64,000 nt of DNA. Source: a virus. Made by a program: the position numbers and the translations under genes. The DNA lies in IMG/VR virus record IMGVR_UViG_3300005617_000028, positions 1 to 64,000 of that record; one strand, given 5' to 3'. Below are positions 58,820-64,000 of the stretch, in pieces (the first letter of the stretch is position 1; the number at the start of each line of letters is the position of its first letter). Below the pieces are notes generated by a model. It made no database searches. It was given only the letters and a program-made list of their open reading frames with translations, and was not told the origin of the DNA.

Positions 58820-59285
58820 CCAGGACGCGGCCGCCTCCGACCCGGTCTACCGCGTACGCCAGAGCCTGGCCCGGGCCCGCAGCCTCAACGCCGCCCTGGC
58901 CGCCCTGTCCATGGCCGACACTCCCATGCTGCGGGAAATCGAAGCCGACTACACCTTCCGCGCCGGCCCCGCCGACACCCTGCGTGAACGCATCGCTGCC
59001 GCCCACCTGCTGTCCCTGGCCGGACGGGGAAACCCCATGGGCGACACCGGCCACGTCACCACCGACCTGGTCCGCCAGTGGGCACACGACACCCTGGTGG
59101 AATGGATGGACGGCTACACCGACTACGTCAAAGAATCCGGCGGCCAGTACCGGCTACGGCCGGTACCCGGCCAACACCTGGGCGCCGACGCCGCCGACGA
59201 ACGGGTCACCATCGAGGTGGCCACCACCGCCGGCGCCGACCGCCGCCACTTCCAGATCCGGGTGGAAGTCACCGAAGTGTCGTAG
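58809..59285 (+). CDS. hypothetical protein
   Basis: ORF, codon bias. Confidence 0.45.
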   Translation: MQTSQDAAASDPVYRVRQSLARARSLNAALAALSMADTPMLREIEADYTFRAGPADTLRERIAAAHLLSLAGRGNPMGDTGHVTTDLVRQWAHDTLVEWMDGYTDYVKESGGQYRLRPVPGQHLGADAADERVTIEVATTAGADRRHFQIRVEVTEVS

Positions 59286-59539
59286 CCCCGCGCCGCCGAA
59301 GGAGCAGCCTGTGAACCCCAACCGGAACACACCCACGTCCAACATGCTCTGGCGGCTGCGCGGCGCCGTACGAGCCATGCAGGCGTGCCTCGTGCTCGCC
59401 GACGTCGACCCTGCCCTCACCGAACTGGACCAGGTGCTGCGGGCCAAGCGCGGCTGCCGCCGTTGACCCGCCCGCAAAACAACGCAGCGAGCCGGTAGAC
59501 GTAGTGAGCGGCACCCGTTGTGGACACTCCTCCCACGGT

Positions 59540-59730
59540 GGGCGCCGAGCCGGAGCACCAGCATGACGCTCTGGTAGGCAGGTGGAGTCGGGCGGCGTGA
59601 GCGACCCGTGGAGTCTTGCGCCTCCACGTGGGCTCGCGGGGGAAGCGCGGCCCGTACCACCTGTCCTCGGCTGGAAAGCGGGGACCGGGCCGTTTGATCT
59701 GACGATCAGGGGGGGCGGCCCGGTCCTCCC
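59540..59730 (+). ncRNA. putative structured RNA / leader of sigma gene
   Basis: Long nested rod plus 11-bp hairpin (see findings). Confidence 0.4.
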
Positions 59731-59758
59731 ACCCCGTCGCGCAGCGGAAGGCTCACCG

Positions 59759-60316
59759 GTGGATCAGAGCGCGCTGCTCGCCCAGTACCGTGGCTGGCTG
59801 CGCACCGTCGCCGCCGGGCTGGTGTCCGACACCCAGCAGCGCGAAGAACTGGCCCAGGAGGGCTGGATCGCGATGTGGCGGGCCACCCAGACCTTCGACC
59901 CGGCCAAGGGCGCCCTACCGGCCTGGCTCACCCAGCACGCCCTGTGGCGCATGCGCGACTGCTCCCGCGACCAGACCTGGACCGGCCGGCCGCCCCGCCT
60001 GATGGGCCGCTCACCGGTGCTCGGTGTGGTTGAAGCACCCTGTTCGGATCATCCGCTGTGGGAGAACCTGGCCACCGCCGACACCGTGGACAGCATCCTC
60101 TGGGCCTACCACCGCGGCGCCATCCTGGACGCCATCGCCCAGCTCAGCCCCAGCCAACGCCGCTACGTCTACCTGCGGTTCTGGCGTGGCCTGCGCGGGC
60201 CGGATCTGGTCGCCGCATTCGGCTACGACCCGCATTCCCTGTGGAATTCCCCCAGAAACGGTGCCCGTAACAAGCTCCGCGCCAGCCTGACCCACCTCGC
60301 CGACGCGGTGACGTAA
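59759..60316 (+). CDS. ECF-like sigma factor
   Basis: EELAQEGWIAMWRA..FDPAKG.L.AWL; LSPSQRRYVYLRFW. Confidence 0.8.
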   Translation: MDQSALLAQYRGWLRTVAAGLVSDTQQREELAQEGWIAMWRATQTFDPAKGALPAWLTQHALWRMRDCSRDQTWTGRPPRLMGRSPVLGVVEAPCSDHPLWENLATADTVDSILWAYHRGAILDAIAQLSPSQRRYVYLRFWRGLRGPDLVAAFGYDPHSLWNSPRNGARNKLRASLTHLADAVT

Positions 60317-60344
60317 CCCCTACCGGATTTGCGGTAGAGACACT

Positions 60345-62867
60345 GTGGCGCACAAGAACTACGGGCTGATCGGCAGCATCGACGAGCTGACCCGGTTCTG
60401 CGACCGCCTCACCCCCGGCGACGGACCGATCTCCTTCGACATCGAAACCGGCTACCTGGGCACCACCGAGCGGGCCAAATTCTCCCTGCATCCGGAAACC
60501 GCCATCGTGGTGGGCATCTCGTTCACCAACTCCACCGACTGGGCCCGCTACATCCCGCTGCGCCACGACGTGGGGGAGAACCTGGACAGCCAGCCGGTGG
60601 CCCGGCTGCTGTGGCCACTGCTGAACAGCGGCCGTGGGGTCGCGCACGGCGCCACGTTCGAGCTACGCCACCTGGCCCGCTGGTTCACCCAGCACCTGGC
60701 CGACGACCCCGAACACGGCCCGGCGGTACGCGCCAACGGCGGCTACTTCCCGCTGCGCTCCGACACCCAGGTGGAGGCGTACCTGGCCGCCGACCACCAG
60801 GAGTTCGGCCTCAAATACCTGACCGAGGCCATCTTCGACCATAAGATGACCGAGCTGGCCGAGCTGTTCCCCGACCTGCCCAAAAACCGGCAGAAGATGC
60901 TGCGGTTCAACACCCTGGAACTGACCCCCCAGGTCATCGACTACGCCTGCGAAGACTCCGCCTGGTGCCTGGCCCTGCACGAGCACTACCACCCGCAGGT
61001 GTGCCGTATGGGCCTGTTCCAGGTGGAGACCGCGGTCCTGCAGGTGGTCTGCGAAATGGAGGAGTTCGGCGTCGTCTACGACTGGGGCTTCATGCGCCGG
61101 GGCGCCGAAGAACTGACCGCGTTCCAGGAACGCTTCAATGCCGAAATCATGACCGAGCTGTCCGAGATGGTCGGCGAGACGGTGGCCATCAACCTGGCCT
61201 CGCCGGCGAAAGTGTCCGCCATCCTCTATGGACAGTTGGGCATGCGCACCTCCGTCTACACCGCCAAGACCCGTGACCTGCCCGCCGACCAGCGCCGGAT
61301 GAGTACCGGCCAGATCGCCCTGGCCACGCTGGCGAAGAAATACCCGGTGGTGAAACGCATCCTCCAGTGGAAGGAAATGACGCGCCTACTCGGGACCTAT
61401 CTGAACTCTTACGAAAAGCAGTACAGTTACGCCGCCGATGGCCGCACCCATCCCCATCACCTGTCCGCGGTGGTGATCACCGGACGATTTGCCGTGGCCG
61501 ATCCGCCGTACCAGCAGAGCCCGAAGATATATCACTTTGATCTGAAAGAGGCCCGCCTCGTTCACGAGGCGCATGCGGAAGCGCACGGCGCCAAATGTCG
61601 CTGCGACGAATACCCGCCGCCGCCCGGGACATGTTTCAAATTCAACTTCCGGGATGCCATCGTCGCGCCGCCCGGGCACTACATCCTTGGCTTCGACCTG
61701 TCCCAGGCGGAGCTGCGCGCCATCGCGGGCGAAGCACAGGAAACCGCCCTGCTCCGCGCGTTCGCCACCGGTCAGGATGTGCACAGCCTCACCGCCGCGC
61801 TGATGCTCAAAATACCCATCGATGAAGTCACCTCCGACTTCCGCGACATGGGAAAGACTTTGAATTTCGCTTTGTTGTACGGCATGGGTGTCAAATCACT
61901 TGCCGACCGGATGGCGATCACTCTGGACGAAGCCCAGTCCCTGTATGACAGCTATTTCCGTGTCTTCTCCAATATCGCCGCGTGGCGGGACAAGCAGATC
62001 CAGCACGGTAAAGCATTCGGCTATGTCACCAGCCGGTTCGGTCGTAAGCTGCCCATCTGGGAATACAAATCAGACAAGCGTTGGATCTACCAGAAAGGCG
62101 ACCGGGCCTGCGTCAACTACCCCATCCAGGGTGCCGCCACCGGGGACATGGTGAAGGCGATGATGGTCCGGGCCCGCATCGCGTTGCGCCGGGCCGGGCT
62201 GCAGGACCGGGTGCACCTGGTGATGAACGTCCACGACGCGCTGGAGTTCTACGTCGACCAAACGGTGCTGCCTCAGCAGGTGATCGGGGTGCTCATGCCC
62301 GCCATCACCATCGACGTACCGGGCTGGCCACCGCTGCATGCCGACTGGCACATCGCCAAACGCTGGGGCAGCCCGGTCAAGATCGAGATCACTGACGACG
62401 GCCGTTACCTGGTGAAAGGCGACTCCGCGGTGCAGGAGCTGTCCCCGGCCGTGGAGGTCGACGACGACACCGGTGAGGAGGATCTGGATCTGGGCGAGAC
62501 GGTCGACGCCGCCGTCATCCGCCAGGCTTTGGCCCTGGTCACCGCCAGCACCGAGGACTCCGCGGCCCGCGACGACGCTGACGGTACGGCCACCGACCAC
62601 AATCCGCGGCGGGTCATCGTCGAACTACCGGAGATGCCGGTACAGGCCGCCTACGGCCAGTTCTGCGCCCTGCTGGCAGAGCGGCCCGGGCCGGATGTGC
62701 TCACCCTGCGCACCCCGGAAGGGGACCTGGACATGGAACTGGAACACGGCACAGACCTGGGGCCCGCCGACGTGGGCGCGGTCGCCATCATCCTCGGCCC
62801 GGTCAGTGTCTTCTACGACGCCGACACCGTCGAGCCGGCTGTGCTGGTGAAAAACCTAGTGCTGTGA
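60345..62867 (+). CDS. polA: family A DNA polymerase with 3'-5' exonuclease
   Basis: FDIET, YACED, DLSQAELR, KTLNFALLYG, NYPIQG, VHDA. Confidence 0.93.
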   Translation: MAHKNYGLIGSIDELTRFCDRLTPGDGPISFDIETGYLGTTERAKFSLHPETAIVVGISFTNSTDWARYIPLRHDVGENLDSQPVARLLWPLLNSGRGVAHGATFELRHLARWFTQHLADDPEHGPAVRANGGYFPLRSDTQVEAYLAADHQEFGLKYLTEAIFDHKMTELAELFPDLPKNRQKMLRFNTLELTPQVIDYACEDSAWCLALHEHYHPQVCRMGLFQVETAVLQVVCEMEEFGVVYDWGFMRRGAEELTAFQERFNAEIMTELSEMVGETVAINLASPAKVSAILYGQLGMRTSVYTAKTRDLPADQRRMSTGQIALATLAKKYPVVKRILQWKEMTRLLGTYLNSYEKQYSYAADGRTHPHHLSAVVITGRFAVADPPYQQSPKIYHFDLKEARLVHEAHAEAHGAKCRCDEYPPPPGTCFKFNFRDAIVAPPGHYILGFDLSQAELRAIAGEAQETALLRAFATGQDVHSLTAALMLKIPIDEVTSDFRDMGKTLNFALLYGMGVKSLADRMAITLDEAQSLYDSYFRVFSNIAAWRDKQIQHGKAFGYVTSRFGRKLPIWEYKSDKRWIYQKGDRACVNYPIQGAATGDMVKAMMVRARIALRRAGLQDRVHLVMNVHDALEFYVDQTVLPQQVIGVLMPAITIDVPGWPPLHADWHIAKRWGSPVKIEITDDGRYLVKGDSAVQELSPAVEVDDDTGEEDLDLGETVDAAVIRQALALVTASTEDSAARDDADGTATDHNPRRVIVELPEMPVQAAYGQFCALLAERPGPDVLTLRTPEGDLDMELEHGTDLGPADVGAVAIILGPVSVFYDADTVEPAVLVKNLVL

Positions 62868-62906
62868 CAGGCCGCAACCAGCCGCGCCGAGCAGGCAGTA
62901 CATGGT

Positions 62907-63203
62907 GTGAGAGTGCGGCAGGGGTGGAGTGGCGAGGTTCAGCCCAACGTCTGGGCCAAGATCGATGTGGAGCTGGATGACGATGACCTGCGCCGGCTGC
63001 TGCACGCGGCCGGCCTGCCGGGCGTTGCGCCCGCTGACGTACCGACCGAGGTCGCGTTCCAGCTGCTCGACAACGAGGGCGAGCGGTTCGTGCTGGCCAA
63101 GCTGATGACCCGTTACGGCATGGCCGAGGAGCAGGGCCGGCCCCGCATGGTGGAGCTGAACGCCAGCAAGGTGCGCGCGCTCGACCGGCTGCGCTCGCCG
63201 TGA
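62907..63203 (+). CDS. hypothetical protein
   Basis: ORF. Confidence 0.5.
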   Translation: MRVRQGWSGEVQPNVWAKIDVELDDDDLRRLLHAAGLPGVAPADVPTEVAFQLLDNEGERFVLAKLMTRYGMAEEQGRPRMVELNASKVRALDRLRSP

Positions 63204-63691
63204 GCGCCGAGGTGATCGCCACGCTGGAGCGGTTCATGGAGGAGACCGGTCTGCTGCGCACCATGACCGAGCTGCCCCCGGTGGCGGCCACCGTCGGCGA
63301 GGTGCAGGCGTACCTGTTTGACGTACGCCGCCGCCAGGACCGGGTGGAGGAGCTGCTGCGCACCGCGATCCGGATCCGGGCCCGCGCCCACCGGGCCGCG
63401 ACCCGGCTGGACGCCTCCACCAACGACGCCTGGGACAGCGCCGCGGTCCGCGCCCGCTCCGCCGTGGTGCAGCCCGGTGACGGGTTCAGCTCCGCCCGGG
63501 AACGGGCCGCTGAAGCGAATCTGGTCGTGCTCGACCAGCGGGTGGTGGCCCGCCGAGCCGCCGAGCTGGCCCACGTGTGTGACGAGGCGGTGGAGTTTCT
63601 GCGGATTGCGTTCCGGGGTCTGGACGGGCTGCGCTACGACATCACCCAGCTGTTGCGCACGTATCTGCTGGAGACGCACCTGGAGCGGTGA
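63200..63691 (+). CDS. hypothetical coiled-coil protein
   Basis: GTGA overlap. Confidence 0.5.
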   Translation: MSAEVIATLERFMEETGLLRTMTELPPVAATVGEVQAYLFDVRRRQDRVEELLRTAIRIRARAHRAATRLDASTNDAWDSAAVRARSAVVQPGDGFSSARERAAEANLVVLDQRVVARRAAELAHVCDEAVEFLRIAFRGLDGLRYDITQLLRTYLLETHLER

Positions 63692-63770
63692 GGCCCAGAC
63701 GGGAAAACCGTGTGGTGTGGACGGTAGAGATGGGTGCCGGGGGTACCGGATTTCCGGTAGGGGAGCGACC

Positions 63771-64000
63771 GTGTTGACCGACGACGACAGCTGCGAAGAC
63801 CACCAGGCCGCCGGCCGGCAGCCGCACCGGCTGTGTGTACTGCTGCGCCAGCTCCGGCACGCGGCCAAACTCAGCCTCGCCGACTTCGAAACCCAGTTCG
63901 GCATCAATGTCGGGGCGTACGAACGCGGCGACCGGATGCCACCCCTGGACCGGCTGGAGGCCGTCCTGAGCTGCTACGGCTACGGGCTGCAGGCCGTCGC
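63771..64000 (+). CDS. XRE-family HTH protein (3'-truncated)
   Basis: LRQLRHAAKLSLADF..VGAYERGDRMP.LDRL. Confidence 0.75.
   Translation, partial: MLTDDDSCEDHQAAGRQPHRLCVLLRQLRHAAKLSLADFETQFGINVGAYERGDRMPPLDRLEAVLSCYGYGLQAV

Larger units (their letters stand above)
1..64000. mobile_element. segment of a large temperate actinophage/prophage (siphovirus-like)
   Basis: Tail module, replication genes, integrase, dense small ORFs; no host core genes recognised. Confidence 0.9.

Noticed and set aside
1-64000. CRISPR array, DGR (TR/VR), retron or group II intron
   Set aside because: No regularly spaced repeat-spacer units and no reverse transcriptase or cas ORF recognised; tandem repeats found are in-frame protein repeats

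Overview
This is a high-GC window from a large temperate siphovirus-like phage or prophage of an actinomycete. No host housekeeping DNA is evident. From left to right it contains: (1) the end of the virion block (glycosyltransferase, major tail, -1 frameshifted tail chaperones, 1871-aa tape measure, minor tail proteins, holin-like gene; 1-13.7 kb); (2) a replication/transcription block (SNF2-like helicase, WhiG/FliA-like sigma, DnaB, primase zinc finger, Lsr2, a second sigma-like protein, clamp-loader delta-prime and delta; 14-24 kb); (3) a ~35 kb accessory region (dCTP deaminase, YefM-YoeB, MazEF plus orphan antitoxins, tRNA-Arg(UCU) next to a tyrosine integrase/excisionase, PAPS-reductase family, SNase, ParB-like, ASCH, CmcI-like methyltransferase, XRE regulator, sensor-less hybrid histidine kinase); (4) an ECF-like sigma and a family A DNA polymerase. 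The signals least explained by genes are several long, helix-dense non-coding stretches (about 38.24-38.78 kb, 20.75-21.03 kb and 59.54-59.73 kb) that look like unannotated structured RNAs. Also notable are a complete tRNA paired with a separate 12-bp copy of its anticodon region at the putative att site, and a possible host-development regulatory set (FliA/WhiG sigma, hybrid kinase, Lsr2). All protein calls come from motif recognition and all RNA helices were paired by eye; nothing was searched or folded computationally.
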